A DNA stretch of 63,310 nt, filler included, from Lenisia limosa (taxonomy: Eukaryota; Protista; Breviatea): assembly GCA_001655205.1 (NCBI GenBank). It is 16 parts of 16 records of this genome, joined end to end, with 100 filler letters (N's around TTAATTAATTAA, not from the genome) between each part and the next. Parts side by side here need not be neighbours in the genome. Positions count along the whole stretch, not along the records: positions 37,565 to 42,555 come from LPNZ01010897.1; positions 42,656 to 44,139 come from LPNZ01000269.1; positions 44,240 to 47,630 come from LPNZ01008638.1; positions 47,731 to 49,327 come from LPNZ01007285.1; positions 49,428 to 57,808 come from LPNZ01002335.1; 11 more parts are not named here. One strand, 5' to 3'. The notes beneath the pieces were generated by a model, which saw nothing but the letters and a program-made list of their open reading frames with translations, was not told the DNA's origin and made no database searches. Shown here in pieces: positions 38,561-49,773 of the stretch. Position numbers and translations under genes: made by a program. Position 1 is the first letter of the stretch, and the number at the start of each line of letters is the position of its first letter.

Positions 38561-38634
38561 GGGGTTTTTGAAGTAAGAAATAACACTAAGTATCATGATG
38601 AATTATTTCTCGTGTTTCAAAAAAACCTATCCCT

Positions 38635-38731
38635 CAGGTTTCACTTCGGTTCGAAAAAAGACTGGAAAATATCGATAGTTCTCAAGGATTTATCGAGAAA
38701 TTCTGTCTTTTTTTCGAACCAAAGTGCCCTA
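38635..38731. mobile_element. hAT-type MITE family A
   Basis: Full-length consensus match. Confidence 0.8.
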
Positions 38732-39894
38732 TCCCTCACATAATTGTTGCATTTAGATTTCAAACACCAACTAACCATGCGGGGGGTTGCTGACGAACCT
38801 AGCCCCCCTCCCCCCTCTACTCATACTCCTAGGATGGAGTGAAACCAATTTGATTGTCAAAGGCTTGGTCAGTGCTATGTGTGCAGTGGACACTGGTGGG
38901 CAGGGGAGAAGAGATTACTTAAGGCAAATGAGTTGGTGAATTGTTTTACATGTACTATAATCCAAAATATCTTATAAGCGTGATGGTGTGGACGNNNNNN
39001 NNNNNNNNNNNNNNNNNNNNNNNNNNNNNNNNNNNNNNNNNNNNNNNNNNNNNNNNNNNNNNNNNNNNNGTTTCGGATATGTGACTTAAAATAAATCTCG
39101 GGTTATGGGAAATTTTGTGCGCTCTCAAGTGGCTCTCTAAGTGTGTTCGTGAAGTCCTTCTGTTCCTATCGTTTTCTGTGGATTTTCTTTTGTGTAGTCA
39201 ACCGCAGGATCTCATCCTTCAATAGAGACTATGTTGCAAAAAACGTATCATAACATCGATCTTGTGTTGCCAGCCAACAGAGTTGATTTTGGGCTTTTTA
39301 ATTCTCAAATTTTCCAATTTTACCCCCTTGCTTTTTTTTATTTGGAGTTTGGATTATTTGGTTCGTGGTTAGTACCTTTACGCCAGTATTCTCGTCGAAG
39401 TTTCCTTCATTTTACCCCCCCCCCCCNNNNNNNNNNNNNNNNNNNNNNNNNNNNNNNNNNNNNNNNNNNNNNNNNNNNNNNNNNNNNNNCACCCTCGGCC
39501 ACTAACCCCATTACGGTAAGACCCCTTATTTGAACTAAGCGCATCACCCACTTTTTTTAAAAACAAACATGTATTGAATCAAGACAAGGGAAGCAAGATA
39601 CACATTTAGGACCATATTTTAGGCGAGGCCTCTTGAAGCGTGGCGAATGACCTCCCCACTCTGACGTCTTTCAAGCTCCAAAATATTCGAAATATTTTCT
39701 CAACAATGTTAACAGTAGACATTTGAGCTTGGCGTACCTTTTGAGCCAAATTACCCCACCTTTTATAGAGTTAATAATAATATTTCCCAGCTATGTTCCC
39801 GAAATTCCAAAAAGCGAATAATGTCCAACTATCCTTTTAAACAGCAAAAATATTCAGAAAATGTTCACTCCCTTTAAACAAGCTGACATTTCAG

Positions 39895-42252
39895 GCGCCC
39901 TACATGGCCCACGACTTCGGAGCAGCTGGAGAGGTGATCACTGATCTGAAGACCGGAGGCTATCACGTGGTTGTTCTTACTGGTGGGATTTCTGCTCCTC
40001 TTGAGAATTGCCATCCTGTCACTTCTCTATAATATAACACCAAGTTTCTTATTTGTTTCAGCCAGTAATACAATCATGTTTATTGTTATTATAGTTTCAG
40101 CCAGGTACAGCAATTGTCTTATTGTTTCAGCTAGTAACAAGGTGTTTACCTGGGGGCACAACTCGTACAAACCGCTTCTACGAACCACAACATCATCTGC
40201 GGTACTTCAAGTAAGATGGGGAGGGGGGGGGGNNNNNNNNNNNNNNNNNNNNNNNNNNNNNNNNNNNNNNNNNNNNNNNNNNNNNNNNNNNNNNNNNNNN
40301 NNNNNNNNNNNNNNNNNNNNNNNNNNNNNNNNNNNNNNNNNNNNNNNNNNNNNNNNAGCAATATTTTGATTGGAAACGAAAGACAAGATACGTTTTTCGA
40401 GCCAAATTCTGCTCAACGTGATACGTTTTTTGAGCCAAATTACAAACGAAAAATGAGACACGTTTTTTTTATAAATAAATAAGAGTCTTTCGCTGCCAAT
40501 CGAAATGGATTGAAATGGCATTTTTATGCTTACGTTTTATGAAATATGATAGTATCTATTGGACGCTTACGTTTCAGGCTGAACTCCCCGCTGGAAGATT
40601 AGCTATGTCCATCTTCACTGGTTACTACAGCACTCTGGTTGTCTTAGGTTGGGTGATATTTGTGATGGTAGTTTGAACCCTAATGGGCTAAGCTAGTCCC
40701 ATGTACATATATTTATTAGGCCGCCTATGGAAAACACTTAGAATGTGACTTAATGGCGAGGTATCCTCACTTGTGGTTTTCTTCAGTGCTTCCTGCGTAC
40801 AACCCCCTTTCATATGTTCCCCCCAGCTGGTCACCATTTACCTCNNNNNNNNNNNNNNNNNNNNNNNNNNNNNNNNNNNNNNNNNNNNNNNNNNNNNNNN
40901 NNNNNNNNNNNNNNNNNNNNNNNNNNNNNNNNNNNNNNNNNNNNNNNNNNNNNNNNNNNNNNNNNNNNNNNNCTACATTTCTATTGACAGGCCCGCCCCC
41001 CAAAGAAAAGACTATTTTATCTCACTTCCAATCTTCGTTTCCCGATTTCAATCTTCATTAATGCGATTAAATTACTGTAATTTAGATTGTTTTTCCTTTA
41101 TTTAAGGTTTCAAATTAGGGATTACATTGTTACATTTAGATTTATTTTTTATGATGTTTTTTTTTTGTCCCATGTATCTATTGACAAAACATGAATCACG
41201 GGACAAAACTATGAATCACTTGTTTTTGAAAATACTTAGTTCTCTCCCTCCATTGTCAATCTCCAAAGGATGGCTCAGGCTTGTTTTTGTTTGTGTTTTT
41301 GTCATCTGGTTTTTATCAAGTTTTACCGTTGGTTGCTCGTGTTTGTTTGTTATTGCTTGTTTTTTTTTTTTTGCTTGTTTGGAGTNNNNNNNNNNNNNNN
41401 NNNNNNNNNNNNNNNNNNNNNNNNNNNNNNNNNNNNNNNNNNNNNNNNNNNNNNNNNNNNNNNNNNNNNNNNNNNNNNNNNNNNNNNNNNNNNNNNNNNN
41501 NNNNNNNNNNNNNNNNNNNNNNNNNNNNNNNNNNNNNNNNNNNNNNNNNTATTTCGACTTGAAAGTCAGTCATGTGATCATCTCACTAGTGGATACACAT
41601 TCATTTACTGTTCAGACAAGTCCCATCATTGACTACACACTGCAGAAGCATTTGATGGTCCTCACTGGTAGGATTAGGGCTTTCCTACGGTCCCAAATTG
41701 ACTGCATTTCTCGATAAATCTTGACAAATATCGAACTTCTTTCTTTTTTGCCCTAGGTATGATAGGATTATTGGGTTTTCCAACCAGAAACCAAAGTATA
41801 CATATTTAATGTTAGATATACTCAAAGAGTATGATATATTATGTCATATGGATCATACATATTTAAAGTGTACACATGTGATATGTATTACATAATATAT
41901 CATACGTATATTGACACGTAGCACAGTGTGTAATATATCAACCTCTATCTCTGGTTGATTTGGGCTTTTTTTGTTTCATAAATGTTCCAATTCTCCCCCG
42001 TTTAACCGAACCAGAAAGTGGCAACGTTTACGGACGCGCGTCAGTATCACCCTATCACCAGAGCGGATGTCTTGCCAGCACCACCAGTACAATTGATGCA
42101 GTGGGGGGAGGGGTAGTAAACTTGGAAATTCTGAAACAAAAAGCCCAAAATCAACTCAGTTGGTTGACAACACACAAAGGTTGAATACAATATAGGTCCA
42201 CTCCAGCGTGGCTACGGGAGTAACGCAAGTGGCGTGCACGTATCATGGCGGC
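39895..42252 (+). CDS. RCC1-repeat protein (partial, with gaps)
   Basis: In-phase exons give ITDLKTGGYHVVVLTASNKVFTWGHNSY, SIFTGYYSTLVVL, KHLMVLTESGNVYG and VTQVACTYHGG, all RCC1-blade motifs. Confidence 0.75.
41675..41755. mobile_element. hAT-type MITE family A subfamily 2, inserted in a splice donor
   Basis: TSD ggtaggat/ggtatgat. Confidence 0.8.
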
Positions 42253-42919
42253 NNNNNNNNNNNNNNNNNNNNNNNNNNNNNNNNNNNNNNNNNNNNNNNN
42301 NNNNNNNNNNNNNNNNNNNNNNNNNNNNNNNNNNNNNNNNNNNNNNNNNNNNNNNNNNNNNNNNNNNNNNNNNNNNNNNNNNNNNNNNNNNNNNNNNNNN
42401 NNNNNNNNGTACCTTCACGCCAATATTTTTCATCGAAATTTTCTTCGTTTTACTCCGCCTTCCTAGAAAGCGGCCAGGTTTACGCATGCGCCTCTCTGGC
42501 GAATTTCATTCCGGGCTCAGGGGCTACAAATGTGCCTGTATGAGGGGTATCTCTCNNNNNNNNNNNNNNNNNNNNNNNNNNNNNNNNNNNNNNNNNNNNT
42601 TAATTAATTAANNNNNNNNNNNNNNNNNNNNNNNNNNNNNNNNNNNNNNNNNNNNCGGCGCTGTCGGAGAGACACCAAATAGCGTCGACGTTACAAACTG
42701 GTGCGTGATCTTGGTTGTTTTGATCGTGTGATCGTTTTAATCTTTAGGTGCATGTTTTGATTTATCTGTGGGTATTTCGATCATTTGAGCGTTTATCTTC
42801 GGGACTTTTTGTGTTTTAATGTTATTGATTTGGGTTCTGTGTTATTGATTGTTTAATTATTTTTAGGGTGTTTTTGTCTTTTTATCTTGTTCTGTCTTGA
42901 TAACATTTTATAGATCTGA

Positions 42920-43018
42920 TAGGGCTTCACTTAGGTTCGAAAAAAGACTGAATTTTCGATAAATCCTCGAAAACTATCTATATGTTACCGGTCATTTTCG
43001 AACCGAAGTGAAGCTCTA
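42920..43018. mobile_element. hAT-type MITE family A
   Basis: Full-length consensus match. Confidence 0.85.
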
Positions 43019-43070
43019 TTTCTGATACGTGTGATTATATGTTCCTTTTTTCTGCATCTTTCTTCTCTAG

Positions 43071-44099
43071 CCTTGACACCTCCAGTGAAATCGGAAGCAA
43101 GGAAGAAAGACGAGCAATTTAAGGCGCTTGAGACCAAAATTGAGACTCTGGCCAACAGCAACACCGACCTCAATGATCAAGGTACATCATTATGTGTACA
43201 TTGCTATCATACATCACATGTCTATTAGTAATATTCTATAATTATATGATATAATATATTTATCATATGCATATTTCACTAAAAAATATCTCGATAAAAA
43301 TGTATCTCAATGCAAACTTGTGCGTGCATTTTCTGTATGTATTTACCCAATAGCCAAGTTACATAATTATGAGACTCTTATTTGTATTATATATCAAATG
43401 ATATAGTGTAATATCATATTTCTACCTTTTTTTTTATATCATATATTATCTTATGAATTATGGATTTATCGAGAAATTCAGTTTTTTTTTCGAGCCGAAG
43501 TGAAGCCCTAACAATACCCCGTGTTAATTTCCATCTACATTGCTAGTTCTTCCTACTCTCCTTTTCACTCCTAAACATTGCTTATCCCCCATGTTAACCA
43601 TTGTGAGTTTTTCAAATATAGTGCGTTTGTGACATATATTGATATTTATCACAATGAACAGGGTACATCATTATGAAACAAAAAAACTAGTTTTTTACCA
43701 TATCGAGATGTGACAATTGCAGTTATTCGGTTCCGAACGAGGATAGCAGTTCTGGAATCGGAGTTAGACAAGGCAGAGTCAGCTGTTGAGGCGGGCAAGA
43801 TCTCAGCTGAGCCTGTTAACTCTCAGGTTCGCTTGGGGTGTGGCACTCTTATTTCTCTTCTGTTTTCTCTTCTCTTTTCTTTCTGAGTTTTTCTTCTCTT
43901 TCTTAGTTTCTCTTCTCTTTCTTGATCTGGTTTTCTCTTCTACGCACCTTTCTCCTTACCCCCCTCCCCTCCATAGGCAAGGAGAGCAGCTGAAATTGAG
44001 CACCTGTCCCTAGTCCTGGAGGAGAAGGAACTACAGATTCAGCGGCTCGAAGCCTCCGTGGCTGATAACCTGAAGGAAAGCTCCCTTGAACTCAAAACC
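43071..44099 (+). CDS. Three exons of a coiled-coil protein (DEQFKALETKIETLANSNTDLNDQVIRFRTRIAVLESELDKAE..EIEHLSLVLEEKELQIQRLEAS)
   Basis: In-phase splicing; heptad-like composition. Confidence 0.6.
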
Positions 44100-44352
44100 G
44101 TGGGTATTTTTTGTGTTGCTTGATCGTCAAGATCGTCTTNNNNNNNNNNNNNNNNNNNNNNNNNNNNNNNNNNNNNNNNNNNNTTAATTAATTAANNNNN
44201 NNNNNNNNNNNNNNNNNNNNNNNNNNNNNNNNNNNNNNNCCCCCCCCCCCCTTCCCCGAAATTCAGGGGTTCCGAGGTTACTCTCGGAGTAAAGCATAAA
44301 ATGCTCCTCTATTCAGTAGCCCCATGTAAATATTCAGGGACCCCCCTCCCAC

Positions 44353-45917
44353 CCTTAAGCTAGCAAAACGCGTCTGGATCCTGTCATCTTCCAGTGCCGA
44401 GAGGATGAGAGGGAGCAGCATGACGGGAATGGTTGAAGCAGGGTCGTCGTCACGAAGGGGGATGTCCAGAGTGTTGATGAGGGTAGCGCTGCCATGGGTC
44501 AGGCCAAAAACTTAGAATATAAAATATACTATATCATATATAGTATATGATATTATATTATATGAACACCCTAAATAGGGACACAATGACGATTTCTATT
44601 TCAGACACTACAATAGCATAATGTTTGAATCATCTCCCGTACAGTGAGGAGACTATTATCATTCATTATATTTTTTATCATATCTTTCTTATTATTATTT
44701 TTATTTTTAATATAAATAAGAATAAAAATCATAATCATCATAATAATAATAAAAATAATAATAAGAGATAAAAACAATGAATAATAATCCCCCGCACTGT
44801 ACAGGGGAGGTTTCAGCCGAGAGCGTTTGAAGAATTTGGACCGAAGCGAAGCGACAGGCCTCATCAGCTGACCCTGATCGCCAGACAAGGTTGGGACCTA
44901 GAGTGAGTGATAATTAGGGTTTCACTCAATTAGGATAAGTCCTGACTGATTTGCTTCATGTTTTCCCAAGGAAAATCGGTCAAGACTTATCCCAGTCACT
45001 GTCGCTATAACGATAGTTTCCCGATCATTTTCACCGGAGTGAAGCCCTCTAACAATGTGAAATATCGAAGCTATATCATATTTTGAAAGAGTAACGTTCT
45101 GATTGCATCATATATAATATAGCAATGAGAAATAAAAAATAAAGATGTATCTGGCCGAAGCCGTCCACACCATAACGCTTATAAGAGATATTCGATTATA
45201 GTATAACATTAATTCACCCAATCATTTGCCTTACAACTATGTGCACACAGTTTTCTGCGTGCCTCCCCAGCATACCTATGAAGTCCATAATTCTCTTTTT
45301 AAGAACATAACTCTACCAACACTATCTTTTTAAGAATCATTATGAAGCTAACCAAGAGAAATAGCGACGAGAGGACGAAGTAAATTAGCTTCGTTGAAGG
45401 CTGAGATAACTGAGGGTTCTTTCACCAGGTCGTGGAGCAGGTCAAGAAGACTAGGGGAAAGTCAGGAAATTTTGAAGAATAAGGAGGGAAGTTAGGTTGA
45501 CCCTTAAGAAATTGAACAGGTTAAGGTTGCGAAAGTTAAATGAATGACAGTGCAGTATTGTGAGCAAGTTGGATGAGGAAATTTAGATTGTCAAATCAAG
45601 AAAGTTGCACGAGGGAATAGTAAGGTAACATTTGTTAATGGCACAAGAAGACTGGTAAGTTAAAAGGATGTGCCCCCTCTCCCCACCGGATTCTGAGAAG
45701 AGCCTCCTTTTCTCGAACAGTACAAGCAGTAATAACCTGGGGGGGGGGGNNNNNNNNNNNNNNNNNNNNNNNNNNNNNNNNNNNNNNNNNNNNNNNNNNN
45801 NNNNNNNNNNNNNNNNNNNNNNNNNNNNNNNNNNNNNNNNNNNNNNNNNNNNNNNNNNNNNNNNNCATCTAACCTTGAACACCTGCTGAATGTTACTGGC
45901 TACTGCTCCTTTCGCGG
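44353..45917 (-). CDS. DNAAF5: Dynein axonemal assembly factor 5 / HEATR2-like, internal exons
   Basis: Spliced: VITACTVREKEALLRIRLLDLLHDL..LGPNLVWRSGSADEACRFASVQILQTL..LLPLILSALEDDRIQTRFASLR; matches the recalled HEATR2 motifs PNL.W.AGR.A..+R and L+..LE+D...TR. Confidence 0.7.
44915..45049. mobile_element. Family A MITE with a family D MITE nested inside (about 44931-45001)
   Basis: TAGGGTTTCACT..GTGAAGCCCT flanks a GATAAGTC..GACTTATCCCAGTCACT unit. Confidence 0.7.
45117..45278 (-). repeat. Interspersed repeat family C; copies or pieces at about 2432, 3945, 4140, 6337, 14995, 29262, 37628, 38925 and 48348
   Basis: Shared aatatctcttataagcgtgatggtgtggacggcttcggccagatacatc..tttctcattgctata and acccaatcatttgcc..tgcacacag. 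Confidence 0.8.
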
Positions 45918-47852
45918 CTTGAACCAATTCAATAAACCTGGGTTGTATGAAATCAAAACAAAATCAAAGAACAAAAACACACCCATGTAAAAGCTTGATA
46001 AACAAAACAATTCGAAACACCCACTCACAGTGATAATAGTGAAAAAAAAAAAAAAATAACAATAATAATAGTAATAATAATAATAGTCAAACCACTCACT
46101 TATTGAGTTGATGCGATCCACTAGTCCAGTTCAAGTGGTCATTGGCAGCCTGGAGGGTGAGTCAGGTTTTTGTACTATCATATGTATTATATATATGGGT
46201 CCCTAAAGCTCCGGACATCATTCAAAATTCCCGGACACATCAAAACTCCCGGACAGCTTGAAGNNNNNNNNNNGACCGTAAAGAGAGAGCTTAGGGACTT
46301 AATTTGGTTTTGACCCAATAATATGTTAAATTGGGGTTTCATTATTTGATTAAGATTGAGATTACTTTCCAAAACTGNNNNNNNNNNCATAGACCATTGC
46401 TAGTGTTTGTTGAAAAAATGCTTCGACAAATACATAGAGAAATGGACCTCCTAATGTTCCCTAACTTTGTTTTTCAATTTTTAGCAAATGTCAAAAATCC
46501 GTGAATTTGGTCTCCCGGGGGTCCCCCTTTTGCCTTTTCACAGGATTTTTTCTGAATCTCTACAGGGGTAAACTATCCCGGATAGTTGCCATTTATTCCT
46601 TGAATGTGGCCTTTTATANNNNNNNNNNNNNNNNNNNNNNNNNNNNNNNNNNNNNNNNNNNNNNNNNNNNNNNNNNNNNNNNNNNNNNNNNNNNNNNNNN
46701 NNNNNNNNNNNNNNNNNNNNNNNNNNNNNNNNNNNNNNNNNNNNNNNNNNNNNNNNNNNNNNNNNNNNNNNNNNNNNNNNNNNNNNNNNNNNNNNNNNNN
46801 NNNNNNNNNNNNNNNNNNNNNNNNNNNNNNNNNTCAGAGCTTTGACTATACATATCATATATACAGGACTTCACTTCGGTTCGAAAAGACGGTTCTAATT
46901 TTTGTATTTCTGGACAAATAATACACTATGTATCAAACATCAATATGTTTGAATGGGCTACAAATTCAAATGGTCATAGTCGCCTGAAAGGCGAGGCCGG
47001 TTTTTACACTTTCATCATATGATATACTATCAGAGATACGATAGATGATAGAGATAAAAAAAAAGACAATTGTTTGCGAATAAACAAAGCCAAAAGGTAA
47101 GTCGCTTCCGCTACATGCAAGTAGATTGTGGGAGGTGGAGGGGCAGGTTTGTCAAAAAAACCAAAAGAAAAAACTTCACAAATGTACCTCTTGCAATGAA
47201 GGGCCAAAATGGGCAACAAAAAGAGCCTCGCGGGTGGGGCATCCGAGGGCAGTCTGCAGCGCCGTAGTTGCCTAATATGGTAAGAACTGAACTTAGAAAA
47301 GTTGCCTAATATGGTAAGAACTCAACTTGGAAAAGTGGTTATATTCGGAAAATCGTTTAGCTATTATTCTCCCATCCCTCTTATATTCATTAGTTGACCC
47401 TCCTCCTTCCCCTCAAACCTGATCGATTTGATTTTGGAGGTCTGCTCCGCTTCCAGAGGCCTAGGTATTATAAGGGGAGTAAAACGAAGAAATAAAAACA
47501 ACGGAGGATCTTGGTGATGAAAATTGGGTAATATAATTGTCGTTATTTTTCAGTCTTACACGACAAACCCAGCCTACCATGAGGGAGAGAAGAATTGAGA
47601 AGAATTGGCTGCCAGTTTGATCGAACAGGCNNNNNNNNNNNNNNNNNNNNNNNNNNNNNNNNNNNNNNNNNNNNTTAATTAATTAANNNNNNNNNNNNNN
47701 NNNNNNNNNNNNNNNNNNNNNNNNNNNNNNGCAGCACCGCATCCCATACGTAAAATTGACAGTTTTTACCCCCTCCCTCTCTCATACATATTCTCATCAA
47801 TCCTTTCTTCCTACTTACCCCCGCTGTACCGTTCAACAAAAATCCCCCTAAC

Positions 47853-48808
47853 CTTCCTATGGATGTCACCGTTCCAATGAAAGCGTTTCAGATGAACTAC
47901 GAGGACCTAGAAAGGGGTTAATTCTCTATAAATGTTTGTGATAGTGTAAACATTAGAGATTTGTGTGCACAGTTCAGCCTTATGATCTTAGTTTCAATAG
48001 AGATTTTATCTTTATGAGGGTTCTTTTGTCCATTTTACCCCATATATAGCCCATTCACCTCTGGTAAGGTCTTGACGGCGATGGTTTTGGTGTGGTGAGT
48101 GGTGACGCCGCAGTCAGGGCAGAACACTGACGATTCAAGACTTTCAGGCTGGGGGAACGTGAGTGGATATTACCCCGTTTTTTTGCTCAGAAAAGTGAAA
48201 GAACGCTTATGGAATAGGGGCTGAGTCACCTCCTGTATACAACCCCAACACTTATTAATAACACAAAACTAAAAATAAAATAAAAGGTTAATTGTTACAA
48301 TAGATATGAATATATATTACGTATCTGTGGGTACATAATGTGCTTATTTCCCCCAATCATTATTTGCCTGATAGCTCTGTGCACATAGTCATACTACAGC
48401 CCACTTGGATGAAGCGTTTGAGCGCGTCCGACAAGGTGCATTTTGTTTCGCCATTCTTCAAAACCGTCTTACTAACATCCAGCGACATGTCTGGGGTTGT
48501 TAGTAATGTATGTATATAATTAGTCTATAGTGTAGTAGTGACAGGGATAAGTCTTGGCCTATTTTCTTTGGGAAATCATTTTGCAAATCAGTCAAGACTT
48601 ATCTCAGTCACTGTGTATGATACGCAGGCTTCTTAAAGGCCAGAAAACCCATCGTCTGACAGTGAGACGATGGGCAGGGGATAAGATAATCCCCGCACCA
48701 ATAATAATACATTGTGTATATACTACCCAACCGAAAAACGGCTCGATCGAAGTTGACGTTCGCGTGCATTTCACACACGTGAGCGTTGAGACAAATCGCC
48801 CCTCAAAG
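47853..48808 (-). CDS. Ubiquitin-specific protease (peptidase C19), four internal exons
   Basis: Exons 48732-48808, 48405-48490, 48059-48148 and 47853-47906 give FEGRFVSTLTCVKCTRTSTSIEPFFDMSLD..TLSDALKRF..ESL..CPDC..K...KTLPEVLVVHLKRF. Confidence 0.9.
48536..48613. mobile_element. MITE family D (TIR YAGTGAC.GGGATAAGTCTTG); other copies at about 2536-2640, 3834-3890, 9396-9460 and 44931-45001
   Basis: agtgacagggataagtcttggcc ... gtcaagacttatctcagtcact inverted repeat. Confidence 0.7.
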
Positions 48809-49039
48809 CTTCGGCGGATGGAGGAGGGGGCTGAGGCGAGCGAGGCTGAGGAGTTATATCAAAAATATTTACAATGTACGTGGAGGGGGGGGGGGNNNNN
48901 NNNNNNNNNNNNNNNNNNNNNNNNNNNNNNNNNNNNNNNNNNNNNNNNNNNNNNNNNNNNNNNNNNNNNNNNNNNNNTTTCACGATTTCATTTTTTTTAT
49001 TATACATTAAAAAACTAGGGAAACAAATAAATCTATAAT

Positions 49040-49138
49040 TAGGGGTTCCCTATGGTCCCAAAAAAGACCGAATTTCTCCATAAATCCTCGATAAATATCG
49101 ATATTTTACCGGTATTTTTCGACCAAAGGGAAACCCTA
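49040..49138. mobile_element. hAT-type MITE family A subfamily 2
   Basis: TSD tctataat/tctataac. Confidence 0.88.
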
Positions 49139-49654
49139 TCTATAACAATACTAGACACTTTGCACACATGATTATCAAATAATTCCGCCATGTGTTTGAA
49201 TTGAAATCAAGATTTCAGATTTCAGCTGAAAATGGAAGAATAAATGTGAAACTTTCACAAAATTTTTGAAATTAGAAAACTAAGTGTACAAACTCATGTG
49301 ATATGATATAATACAATGCATATCAATNNNNNNNNNNNNNNNNNNNNNNNNNNNNNNNNNNNNNNNNNNNNTTAATTAATTAANNNNNNNNNNNNNNNNN
49401 NNNNNNNNNNNNNNNNNNNNNNNNNNNCGGTGGAAGAAGTTGATGTTGAGGCCCGGGTCCCTAACCCCGCCCTGGCCTGGATGTTCCGACGCGTGTCGTT
49501 TATGGCTCGGGTCGGCTCGGATATCAAGGTTGGGGGGGAGTGAAAATTGTCCATTTATGAAACATGGGGGGTGTGGTATTCTTTATACTCCTTGTTTCTC
49601 TCCCACTCTCATCACTCCCACCCGCTGCTCGTGTTTGTTAGTTTCAGAGTATTC

Positions 49655-49700
49655 GTGATTAGTACCTTCACGCCAATATTCTTCATCGGAATTTCCTGCT
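49655..49700 (+). repeat. Short interspersed module F; copies at about 12335(-), 29630(-), 31010, 39365 and 42409
   Basis: Shared gtgattagtaccttcacgccaatattcttcatcgaaatttcc. Confidence 0.7.
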
Positions 49701-49773
49701 CCCGTGTTGCTAGCCAACAGAGGGGGGTTGTATATATTCTATATCTAATTTTCCTGTTTTACTTCCCTCCCAG

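Noticed and set aside
27527-46921. ORF-track entries spanning N gaps
   Set aside because: Their length comes from unknown bases; they are not evidence of coding.
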